A stretch of DNA of 63,962 bases, the filler included, from Diploschistes diacapsis (lineage: Eukaryota): NCBI GenBank assembly GCA_023645945.1. It is 9 parts of 9 records of this genome, joined end to end, with 100 filler letters (N's around TTAATTAATTAA, not from the genome) between each part and the next. Parts side by side here need not be neighbours in the genome. Positions count along the whole stretch, not along the records: positions 33,124 to 57,514 come from JALAIB010000241.1; positions 57,615 to 59,665 come from JALAIB010002410.1; positions 59,766 to 61,814 come from JALAIB010002411.1; 6 more parts are not named here. The stretch is one strand, 5' to 3'. A program made the position numbers and the translations under genes. The first letter of the stretch is position 1. Each line of letters begins with the position of its first letter. The notes beneath the pieces were generated by a model. It saw nothing but the letters and a program-made list of their open reading frames with translations, was not told the DNA's origin and made no database searches. This document shows positions 50,897 through 61,914 of this stretch, piece after piece.

Positions 50897-51541
50897 ATGT
50901 GGTACTAGAAGACGTGGAGTTTGTGGAAAGTCCCAAATGACACATTTGTTTCGTGAATGCATGGTGTTTCAAGCGACATGGTGAAGCACAAACTCTTCTG
51001 TTCTTCGGTCTGTGAACTTTCTTCTTGTTAAACGGCCCGAAAATCATACTAAGAAAGGCCTAATGGGCTTCGTTTGGAGGACTGCGTGTTGTAGGAACAG
51101 CATACTAGATGCAGTTATAAATCACTCGCGAGAACTGCACGCAAGTAATCATGCTTAGCTGAACTTAACGGTGCCCGACCTTGCCACTCGAGGACGGCCT
51201 CCATGCCATACCAAATGGTTGTAATGTAAAGCCATCCAAATGTGACTCCCTTACAACCCCATACCTCTATAGACCTGAAATATACAATTTTTTGGTTCAA
51301 CATTACACCATCGGCGATGCCTTGTGCGTAATATAAGGCGGACATGAGCTATCACGTGAGGGTAATAACGCGTCCGGGCTTTTCTTTGTTGACAATCAGG
51401 TTCTCGGAACCCGTAATCGTCGGAATAATCCCACGGCTTCAATAATACCCACTTCATCTTCTTTTCACTCATTCAGCTAAAACTTGCTATTATGTTGATG
51501 TACTTGAAACCTTGTTACAGCGTTCTCGATACCCGTGCCCC

Positions 51542-53736
51542 ATGGTAACTACGTCAGATGATGAGCTAGAATACCTATCACCTGGGTTCGACCCTGCGAC
51601 TTTGACAGTACCCCGCCTCAGATCGATCCTCGTATCCCACGACATCGAATATTCAGCTTCGTCCAAAAAGCCTCAGCTGATCGCGATCTTCAACGAGCGA
51701 CTTGTTCCTCGTGCGCGGAAGATACTGAATGCGAGAGACAAGATGAAACGTACCAGCTCAGGTATCACCGATGTACCAAGCTCCCGGGAAGCATCGGTGG
51801 CTGGGGGGGATGAAGATGTGCCTGCTATCAGGGAAACCTCCGTAACGAATACGGGAAGGGGTAGAAAACCACGAAGTGCGCGTGTCTCGACTGGGAATAC
51901 CATAGCAGACTTCAATGCGTCCAAGGCCTCGGGACGGAGAAGAACGGCCACAAATTCAGTTGCAACTGAGATCGAACCAGCAGCCAAAGCCGAAACGGCT
52001 CGACCGCTAGCGCGCCGGAATAGGAGAAGCGCAGCACCTGAGGTCAAAGTCGAGGAAGAGGAAGCCCCACAGCCTGCGCACCACGACGAAAGTCCGTTCA
52101 GTAACTCCAATCCTTTTCAGAGCGGAAGTTCCCCCCTCGTACAAAGTGAAGATAGGCGGAAAAGTGCCGGGAAAAAGAGTGACCGGAAGAGTGCGTCTAA
52201 CCGCAGGAAAACAGAAGAGCCAGCGCGAATAAAGCAAGAACCAGACACGGGTGGATATCCAGCTCCAGTTTCGAGCACCTATGAGGTGTCCGCCAAGTCC
52301 AGCAGCAGATCAGCTAAAAGAGAGGAGATAGAAAACCCTCTGGAGGCTGGCGAAGAGTTCACGGCAGAGGAAGAGCAGGCCCTGTTTCAAGAGGGCCTCG
52401 CACGTGGAGAGGTCAATATTTTGAACCACAAAAGCAAAATTGGGAAGAAATCGAGGTCCACCCTAAGAACTGCGCCAGTTGCAATCCTAGCCACGCTGCT
52501 TGCAAGCTATGCGGCGTGGTGGCGAAAAGAGAAGATCGAGGTGGGCTACTGTGGAGTTGGAAAGCCATCAACTACACTCATGGACCTACAACTTCCAGAG
52601 CGGTTGGCGTTGGTACTGCAACCACAGTGTGAACCTTGCCCTCCACACGCTTATTGCTATGCGGATATGGAGGCACGGTGTGAACATGACTTCATGCTAA
52701 GATCCCATCCGTTTTCCGTTGGCGGGATCGTTCCACTTCCACCTACTTGCGAACCGGATGGGGAGAAAGTCAGAAAGGTAAAGACTGTGGCTGACAAGGC
52801 CGTCGAAGAGCTGAGAGATCGGCGGGCCAAATTCGAGTGCGGAGTGCTCACTAAAGAGGATGGCAAAGTTGCGAAGACTGTCGAGATCTCGGAGTCATCC
52901 CTCAAAGCCGAAGTCAGCTCCAAGAGACGGCGTGGTATCACGGACCAGGAATTCGAAGATCTTTGGAAAGGAGCGATTGGGGAGATCACCGCACGAGAGG
53001 AAGTTTCAAGTGATATGGACGCGTAAGTCTTGTTCTCGTAGTATCGTTCCACCATGCCCTATATTTATATTTGTCTGACACGGTGACTAACCAGATCCCT
53101 CGTCACTTCATTAGAAAATCTGCCACTCTCCGCCTCAGCTCCTCCTCTCTCGCAAGGGTCCCGTTTGGGTGTGCTATCCGACGGTGGATACGAATCACGC
53201 TGGCAAGATATCGAGTCTATGCTGGGTCTGCTCTAGCTTTGCTTGCGCTATTTATGTACGTCAGGAGATATATCAACCACCTACGCAGCGATAGGGCCAG
53301 AATACCGGGCCTAGTATCCATGACGCTGGACCGGGTGGCGACTCAAGCTGCGTTGCACGGTCAAGGATCTAGTTCCGAAGCATTTGTCAGCGTCAGCCAG
53401 ATGCGGGACGATGTCCTGAGAGACGAGTTCTCCGCCAAAAGGAGAGATCGGCTCTGGAAGAAGGTCCAAGCCATTGTCGAGAACAATGCTAATATCAGGG
53501 CAAATGTCAGGGAAGGGAGATCCGGGGAGATCGGGAGAACGTGGGAGTGGATTGGGAGTGTAGAGGCGATCGAAGATTCTTGGGTTGGTGACCGGAGACG
53601 GAGCGGGCGCCACAGTCTCGGACCCGCCATTGGCACTCCAGACTACTCGGCAGACAGTAGAGCAACTTCGCCCCGGCGGGACGGCGGAGAGGGCGGCAGC
53701 CAAAGAAAGTGGGATGAGGGCAGGCCTGTTTACTGA
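51542..53736 (+). CDS. SRC1: inner nuclear membrane LEM/HeH-MSC protein Src1/Heh1
   Basis: N-terminal YLSPGFDPATLTVPRLRSILVSHDI (HeH), SPFSNSNPFQ, TM, GYCG..CEPCPPHAYC..CEPD, a second TM and WEWIG. Intron at 53023-53114. Confidence 0.92.
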
Positions 53737-54565
53737 TACATCTTCGCGGGTGACTCAGCGACCCGAGTGTTGGCCTCCAAAATGGATTCCCAGCCAGTTC
53801 GTCTTACAATTTGCATGAAAAGAAAATAGGAACGCAACGTGCCGGAACAGGACAATGCGGGAGACATCGTTCGGAAACGGGGGAAAGGGGGAATGAGCCT
53901 TTGTGCAGGTCCACATTTGCATCAAATTAATTTACGTGTACCAGTCCAGGTCGTTGCGCTTCCAATGTCCGTACGTACAGTACACGTAGCCTCTTGTACC
54001 AACGAGACGCCAAGGGAAAAGATAGGTATTGAGCCGGCTCAACCGTTCAGAGGCCAAAAGCGAAAAAGAGAGAAAGAGCAACCAAGGAAAGAGCTGGGGC
54101 GAAGAGACGACAACTTGAAGGTACTACTATTAGATACCTCCTACTATACTGTACTACTAGTAGATAGTATCTTTGTAATTTTGTGGAAGATAGGTAGTAC
54201 TCTATTCTATAGCAACCAGCAGAACTGGAAGTTGCCGTGGCGAGCGTGAGAGCGGCCGTGCTCTCCTTGATTGAAATTTGCCCTGAGATTTAAAGTTGAG
54301 GCAAGCTGGCCATAACTTTTGAACTTCTTACCTTCTTACCCGATAAACCAACAGAGCAGGCCAAATTCATAGTCTAAGCACCAACCGCATATTATAAATC
54401 CGCGTTACCTTTATTAACCACCTGTCGTCGTGTTTTCCACAATCCCCGTTTCATTTTCTTTTTCCTGTTTTCCTATTCTCCTATTTCCCTATTTCCCTAA
54501 TTCCCGACTTCCCTAATTCCCGACTGAGCATCGTCGACTACGTGATCTGAGCTGTTCCAGCCAGT

Positions 54566-56337
54566 ATGAGGAGCTTCAAGAACGCCGCTTTCGGCGCGTT
54601 GAGCGTTGCAGCTCTGGTCGCAGCTTCAGATGTGACAGGTCTTAAGAAAGACTCATTCAACGACTTCATTTCGAGCCACGGTCTCGTCCTAGCCGAGTTC
54701 TTTGCCCCATGGTGCGGTCACTGCAAGTCTCTTGCGCCTGAGTATGAGACCGCTGCCACGGCTTTGAAAGAGAAGGACATAATTCTCGTCAAAGTCGATT
54801 GCACAGAGGAGGAAGACCTCTGCAAGGATCACAATGTCGAAGGGTACCCCACAATGAAGATTTTCCGGGGCCTTGAGAATGTCTCGCCGTATGGAGGGTC
54901 GCGGAAGTCAGATGGGTAAGCTAGATCTTCCCTGAAAACTTGGAATTGCTCCTAACAGCTTACAGGATAATATCGTACATGACCAAGCAAGCTCTTCCAC
55001 CGGTCTCGACACTGCAGAGCGACAAGCTTGAAGAATTCAAGACGGCGGACGAGGTTGTCCTTGTGGGCTACTTCGCCGCCGATGACAAGACCAGCAATGC
55101 AACATTTCTTGAAGTCGCTACCGCTCTTCGTGACAACTACCTCTTTGGTGCCACCAGCGACGCCAGTGTCGCCAAAGCCGAAGGTGTCAGTCAGCCAGCC
55201 ATTGTGCTGTACAAGAGCTTTGATGAGGGAAAGAACACCTTCACCGAAAAGTTTGAGAAGGACGCCATCACGAAGTTCGCGAAGACTTCCGCTACTCCGC
55301 TCGTTGGAGAAGTATCCCCGGAGACTTACCAGGACTATATGGATGTATGTGGCTTCGGAGTCACTTACCAGAGCTTCTGCTAACCGCTCCAAAACAGGCT
55401 GGTCTTCCTCTAGCTTACGTCTTTGCCGAGACGCCCGAGGAGCGCAAGGAGCTCGCCGCGTCTCTCAAGTCCGTGGCTGAGAAGCACAAGGGCGCTGTCA
55501 ACTTCGCTACCATCGACGCCAAGGCTTTTGGCGCTCATGCCGGCAACCTCAACCTAGAAGCCGACCAGTGGCCGGCTTTTGCTATCCAGGACATCGCCAA
55601 GAACCTGAAATTCCCCTTCGACCAGAGCAAGAAGCTCACCGAGAAGGATGTCGGATCATTCGTCGATGACTTCGTCGCCGGCAAGGTTGAGCCTTCGATC
55701 AGGAGTGAGCCGATTCCGGAGAAGAACGATGGTCCCGTCAAAGTGGTCGTGGCCAATAACTACAAGGACATTGTGCTTGATGACACTAAGGACGTCTTGA
55801 TCGAGTTCTACGCGCCATGGTGCGGACACTGCAAAGCGTATGTTGATCCTGTTCCCCATTCGGTTACGATACTAAGTTCTCTGCAGTCTCGCTCCCAAGT
55901 ACGAGGAGCTTGGCCAACTCTACAAAGGCAATCCTGATTTCGACTCGAAGGTCACCATCGCGAAGGCCGATGCGACTGCCAACGATGTTCCGGATGAGAT
56001 CCAGGGGTTCCCAACCATCAAACTTTACAAGGCAGGTAACAAGTCATCGCCCATCGAATTCACTGGCGACCGCTCTGTCGAGGGCCTCGCCAAGTTTATC
56101 AAGGAGTCAGGCAAATACCAGGTCGACGCGTGGGTGCCTGAGAAGGAAGAAACCAAGGAAGAGAAGAAGGCTGACCTGCCTGATGCGGAGAGCGTGGGCA
56201 GAGCCGCCGAGGCTGCTACTAACGTTGCTGAGAGCATTGCGGACAAAGCCAAGAGTGTCGGCAGCGATGCAACAGAGGCCGTCAAGACAGCTGTCCAGGA
56301 CTCGGGCACCGAAGACGAGCATCACGATGAGTTGTAA
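54566..56337 (+). CDS. PDI1: protein disulfide-isomerase
   Basis: Signal peptide, two APWCGHCK sites and C-terminal HDEL. Introns at 54916-54965, 55345-55397 and 55838-55886. Confidence 0.97.
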
Positions 56338-57025
56338 GCTTTCCCTATGAGGTGTGTACACATGGATGCATCGGTGGGGCAGGGCAATTTGGCGGAGAGT
56401 AGGAGGATCTTGAAGCTTCAGAGCAATGAAGTCGAGCCGGGGTCGGAACAAGCGCTGCCTATAAAATAGCAGAAACGGGCCCGGTGTATATGTAGGATGC
56501 AGTTTTCAGAGGTTTTCGTGCCGGAGTAGGAGTAGGAGTTTTTCTGCTATTCAAGGCTTTTGGGGTAACGGATCGTGTGTGGTCTGAATCAATGCTCCTT
56601 CATCGAACATGCCCAGCAAGTTATGACTCGTAGTTATGCGGTGTATCAGAAACATGTCCACATATTCAAGATCTGATCCCCTACCTTGCAACTTGGTGAT
56701 CTACAAGGTCTATGGAATTGCCTTCTGCCAACGAGACGGGTGAAAGTAGCTTGTATCTATACCGACAACCGCATGCATGGTACTTAAGGGCAGAAGAGAG
56801 CCAAATCTTCAACCGTGATGGGTATAACAAAGTATCACGGGAAATTCCGTATACGGTATATACCGCTTTATTTAGAGGAACTTCAAAGCTTTATCGCAGG
56901 CTTTCAAAAATATGGATTGAAAAACGCCGAGAGAAGATTCTCTTGTTTGAACTTCAATCTCCCCAAGAACTGAAAATCACTCCTGCAAAGCAGAGCAAGC
57001 CCTCCTCCTAAAAACCCCCAGGGTG

Positions 57026-57514
57026 ATGCCCTACAACCTCCCCACCTCACGCTCTCCCTCGAAACCCCCTTCCTCCAAACGCCGGCGCCTCACTACTACT
57101 ACCACCACAACCACCACCACCACCACCACCAAGATGCCCAAAGCCGCCCGCAAACCAACGCGCTACAGTTCGCCGGACGAACTGGCCGGCAGCAACCACA
57201 GCTCGGACGAACAGCAGCGCTACAACCGACGACGCAGCGGCGCCGGCGCCAGTGGGATCGCCGCCAAGGCCAAAGATGCCGCGGACAGCCACCTCAGCAG
57301 CAGGCGCAGCGGGCGGAATAGCAAGAGCACCAGCTATGACGACCTGGGCGCCGATGCCTCGCCCGCGCGCATTCCGAGGGATGACGAGGAGAGCCCCGAC
57401 GAGCTGGACCATACGGTGCATACCTTTTACCGCGGACGCAAGGGCAGAGAGAGCTTGAGCAGGAGCGGAACGGGGAGTGGGCAGGTCAGCGGACGGCAGA
57501 GCAGGGACGGGGAT
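57026..57514 (+). CDS. N-terminal low-complexity part of a gene, possibly Swd3/WDR5-like (truncated by gap)
   Basis: Open frame to the gap with KRRRL and two SPDEL motifs, recalled from Pezizomycotina Swd3-like N-termini. No WD repeats visible. Confidence 0.4.
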
Positions 57515-57614
57515 NNNNNNNNNNNNNNNNNNNNNNNNNNNNNNNNNNNNNNNNNNNNTTAATTAATTAANNNNNNNNNNNNNNNNNNNNNNNNNNNNNN
57601 NNNNNNNNNNNNNN

Positions 57615-58760
57615 GGGGGGGATGGATTGGGTTGACTGGCTTACCATTGTCCATGAGACGGAGAGGAAGCCGAAGAGAAAGGACCAGCCGATGGGCTGCC
57701 AGCCGGATTCCGAGGACACGTTGGTGAAGACGTACGAGGCCGAGTTCTTGGTTTCCGTCTTGATGAGGAGGGCGAGGGCGCAGGACACGAGGATGATGAC
57801 GTGGAAGATGACATAGCTCTTGGTCATCTTCTCCATCCACACGGTCGGTAGAGAATTGACGAGGCCGCACAGGACGGTCAGGGCGGCCATGACGGCGACG
57901 GTCTGGCCCGCGGTGGGCTGGTAGGTGAAGCCGGAGCCCATGGAGACGGCGGCCAGCAGGATCTGCGCGGAGCCGTACTCGGACGAGGCGATACCAGCCA
58001 CCTGGCCGAGGAGGTTCATCCAGCCCACGACCCAGCTTATCGAGGGCACCCAAGGGCGAGGCGCGAGGCGAGAGATGGTGTAGTAGAGTCCGCCGCATGT
58101 GGGATAGGCACTGACGAGTTCGGCGACACTGCATGCAATGCACATACATCCGGCACCCGAGATGAGCCAGCACCAGACCGCCGAGGCGGCACCACCGCCT
58201 ACGAGCGGGAAGGAAAAGGTGGTCACGACGGTACTGAACAATCCGGAGATGGAGACTGCAAAGGAAAAGGACGAGAGGTAGCCGAACTCTCGTTTAAAGA
58301 CCTAGGTGGTACGTTTAGTCAGGGCGCTTGGGGGAGGTGCTTGGGGGGTAGGTGCGTAGGAAAGGCGCTTGGGAGAGGCGCATAGGAAGAGTGCCTGTGA
58401 AGCGTTCCCGTTGTAGAGAATCGAATACGGAGTCGCTTTCGAGGGCGTCCAGGATCACAAAGAAAAGAACGAGGAGTCACTCAGGACGTCTGAAAGGAAA
58501 AAAAAAAGATATGATGAAACCATGCATTCGCTCCTAGTTATTATCTCGATAGTAGTAAGAGAGAGGGGGAAGTAAACGAGGCGACGCACCGGATGGTATC
58601 CAAATTGCTCCGCCAAGGCCAAATCGGCTTCATTGAGGTTTGAGACGTCGATGGTACGTCTCCGCCCATGAGGGTCGTTGACCTCTATGGCGCCAACCCT
58701 GCGTTTGCGGAGATCCTCCACCTTGTGCGCCCCATCGGTAGCCGTACCAAAAGTAGCCAT
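57615..58760 (-). CDS. APC-family amino acid/GABA/choline permease (3' truncated)
   Basis: LAEQFGYHP|VFKREFGYLSSFSFAVSISG, SVAELVSAYPTCGGLYY, GWMNLLGQVAG, FLFGFLSVSWTM. Intron at 58589-58302. Confidence 0.92.
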
Positions 58761-59088
58761 GTGGAAGTATGCAACAATAGCTCCAGATACGGAAGGTTGA
58801 AGATGCCGAGAAGTTTACAGAATGGTATTCGTTGGAGAAAATTGTCAAGTCTTCACCTCCACTTCCTATATCGAAGGACTCGCTTGGTGCGAGCACAATA
58901 GATGATACTTGTTGTCTAGGCGGGGGGAGGTCTGCATGTGCGGCCTCCAAGGATGTGGAAGATGGCCGCAATTGGTCAAGGAAGAAGAGTGTCGAACGGG
59001 TGATGGAAAGAAAAGAAAAGAAGAAGCTGAGGAAGGCTGGGAGGAGTTCTGCTATCTGTACCGTTGATTCTGCGTACTCTAAGCCTTA

Positions 59089-59664
59089 GGCCCTGTTTTG
59101 GCTGCACATAGAGCAGCTCTACGTAGAGCAGCTCTAACTAGGTACATAGATGGCGGCCACCATCTACGTAGAGCTCTACTTGGCGCGTTTGGCAGCCAGC
59201 CCCACCACGCTGTCGCTTATTATCCTCGGCCTAGTAGTCCAGTCTCGGCCCAGTCTCCCAGCCTTCTCAGCCTCCTTCTCTGCGATGCCCTCGCAGGCGC
59301 AGTATTTGTCGTAATGCTGGGCTGCGTATAGTTGCGTAATATCAGCGAGCAAAACAACGGCTATCCTGCCCTTGTTTTCGTGATATCTGGATTAAAAAAT
59401 CGTCCATTTTGGCCAGATGGGAGGGGGAAATGGGCGGTGGAGGCGGCGGCGACAGGGTTTCGGTCTACTTTGGATCAATTCGTAGAGAGCTCTCACAGCA
59501 CTCTACGAAGATGTTGGTGGTCGTAGAGCGCGTAGACGCTCTACGACGTCTACGTAGACGCTCTATGAAAAGGGGCGTTTGGTGGGAGCGTAGAGTGTCA
59601 TGTGACCTCGTACAAGCTACGTAGAGGCTTTACGCATGCTCTACGCTGACCACCAAACAGGGCC
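59089..59664. mobile_element. PIF/Harbinger (Tourist-like) MITE
   Basis: TTA|GGCCCTGTTTTGG ... CCAAACAGGGCC|T(gap), with repeated palindromic CTCTACGTAGAG motifs near both ends. Confidence 0.8.
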
Positions 59665-59853
59665 TNNNNNNNNNNNNNNNNNNNNNNNNNNNNNNNNNNN
59701 NNNNNNNNNTTAATTAATTAANNNNNNNNNNNNNNNNNNNNNNNNNNNNNNNNNNNNNNNNNNNNATATAAGATATACACGAATAGAATTAAGATAAGTT
59801 TAATTTTTATTAAAAAAGGAATGTAAATAAGAAAAGAAGGTAAAGCAGTTATA

Positions 59854-61130
59854 CAGTACTAGTCCAAAAGTAATGGTCCCTCGGTTAAATCGGTGCAAAT
59901 AAACAATAAATGCCTATTATTATTTCTACAATAATGCCACCATATCGTCGTTTAAAGCTTTGGGAGCGCTCTGAACTTATAAACGCATATAGATCAGGTG
60001 CTATCCTAAAAAATGCAGCCAATAGGCTAAATATTCCTTATTCTATAGTTAAAAAGACAATAGCAAAGATTTCAGAGCGTGATAAAGATCAAGATAATCT
60101 GAAGCGCTCCGGAAGACCTCGAATAACGTCCGAAAATCAAAAAAATAAATTTTATCGAACGGCCAGACGCCATTTAGAATCTAAATAATCTGAATTGCTC
60201 GATATCTCGTCTATCAACAAAAATATAATGCGTCGAAAATTCCGCGACATCGACCCCTCTTTTAAAAAATATAAGATGCGGTGGAAGCCATATTTAGAAC
60301 CTAAAGATGCGGAAAAACGCCTGAAGCACTCCCGAATACACCGAATTTGGCGCGCCGAGGATTTTACCAATATTTAATTCACCGACGAGTGCTTTATAGT
60401 AATAAAAAGTGGTGAAATACGAAAATAAATATGGAGACATATAGGAAAACAATAGCTTCCCGATTACCTAGCAAAAACGGCTAGAAACAAGAAAAATATC
60501 ATACTTTGGGCTGGTATGAGAGCCGATAGACGCGTCGTGTGGTGTTTCTTCGAAGATTATTATACAAATGGACGAAGTGCTACCGCCGAGGCTTATTATG
60601 CTTTACTAAAAGATATTTTGCCCCAAATCTACGAACCTGGGCAAGGTTTTTTGTAGAATAATGCTTTTATACACACTGCAAACGCTGCTAAAACGCTTTT
60701 AGAGAGTTTCGGCGTCTAGATTCTCGATTATCTATTATATAGTCCAGATTTGAACGCTATAGAGCATTTTTGGCTTAAATTAAAAAAGGAGGTATTTCGG
60801 CTTTATCCAGAACTTAAAACAATGCGTGGGAGCAAAGACAATAAGAAATAGGTTTTAAAAGCTGCTATTATCGAGACATTTAGTCAAATTACGATAGATA
60901 AGGAGTGAGATTTGCCTGCTCGATTAATTTACTCGATGCCTACGCGAATTCAGGCTGTATACGACGCGTAGGGGTGGTAAACAAAGTATTAATAAATACT
61001 ACGAATAAAGGGCATCAAAATGATCTAAAAAGCGCATTTGTAGGACATTATTTGGATGCGCATCGCATCTCCAAAGTTGGTAATGTCTACTATAATTTAG
61101 GTAGGGACCATTACTTTTGGCACGTGACTG
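59854..61130 (+). mobile_element. 1277-bp Tc1/impala-like DNA transposon
   Basis: TA TSDs; imperfect 28-bp TIRs CAGTACTAGTCCAAAAGTAATGGTCCCT / rc CAGTCACGTGCCAAAAGTAATGGTCCCT. Confidence 0.93.
59934..60992 (+). pseudogene. RIP-inactivated DD34E transposase
   Basis: One frame of 353 codons with RSGRPR, FTDE, FL*(D>N)NAFIHTA, SPDLNAIEH (34 residues between D and E) and GW*TKY. Internal TAA/TAG fall at expected Gln/Trp codons. Confidence 0.9.
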
Positions 61131-61345
61131 TAAATGTCGAGCTTATTATCGATATCGCGATTCTGTAAGTAGGAGTTCCTTTTTTCAACTAGATATCTCG
61201 TCAGGGCATCTCGGGCTGAGAGATACGAGTTCAAGTCGAGGTTAGAGACGGATCGCGTGTAGACGGAACGTGGGTAGGGATTTGGGTAATAAGCCTGGAC
61301 AAGGACGGTAAGAAGAAGAGCGGGGATGAATTGAGTGAGATACAT
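61097..61345 (-). CDS. small secreted protein precursor, C-terminus replaced by Tc1 TIR
   Basis: Signal peptide MYLTQFIPALLLTVLVQA, then an Arg-spaced propeptide (YPRS, YTRS, LSARDA, EKRN). TATA-like TATATA about 90 nt upstream. The frame runs into the TIR at 61130. Confidence 0.6.
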   Translation of the reverse strand: MYLTQFIPALLLTVLVQAYYPNPYPRSVYTRSVSNLDLNSYLSARDALTRYLVEKRNSYLQNRDIDNKLDIYSHVPKVMVPT

Positions 61346-61914
61346 TCTTGTGGAATAAGATGTAAGAATTGGTAAAATTAAAGACGATATTTGATTTCAA
61401 GGAAGGTTGTTGGAAAATGTGTAGCTTAAGTATATATTTTGGAATAATGTTGATGAGAGGAAAAAGAGTATAACTTAATAGCCTGAACAAAGGTTTGAAA
61501 GAAACCAAAATTGCAGGATCCAAAAAGCATCAACATACTGTGCCTTTTTTCTGACCACAGCCTTAACGTTAGAGAGTTGGCATTTTTTAGAATGTATGGT
61601 TCACAAATCTGCGGCTGTGCCAGGTTCTACATGGTACATGATATATAATAAGAGGCATATTGGTTGTTAGAATGGCGCTAGTAACAATAACGTACGCCAC
61701 GTACTAATAAAATAATAGTAATAGATTTTTCACTGCTTTTGGTGTGCATGTTATAAATATATAGATTTCAAAATTATTCGGGCCATATGACAGTGTCAGA
61801 TGATTAACCTAAATNNNNNNNNNNNNNNNNNNNNNNNNNNNNNNNNNNNNNNNNNNNNTTAATTAATTAANNNNNNNNNNNNNNNNNNNNNNNNNNNNNN
61901 NNNNNNNNNNNNNN

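Noticed and set aside
51368..51373. MCB element ACGCGT upstream of SRC1
   Set aside because: A single 6-mer is expected by chance, so a regulatory role cannot be supported.
58302..58589. TPP riboswitch in the long permease intron
   Set aside because: CTGAG, TGATC and CGAAAG fragments are present, but the CTGAGA..ATAC and GATAATACCAGCG core and the stems are missing.
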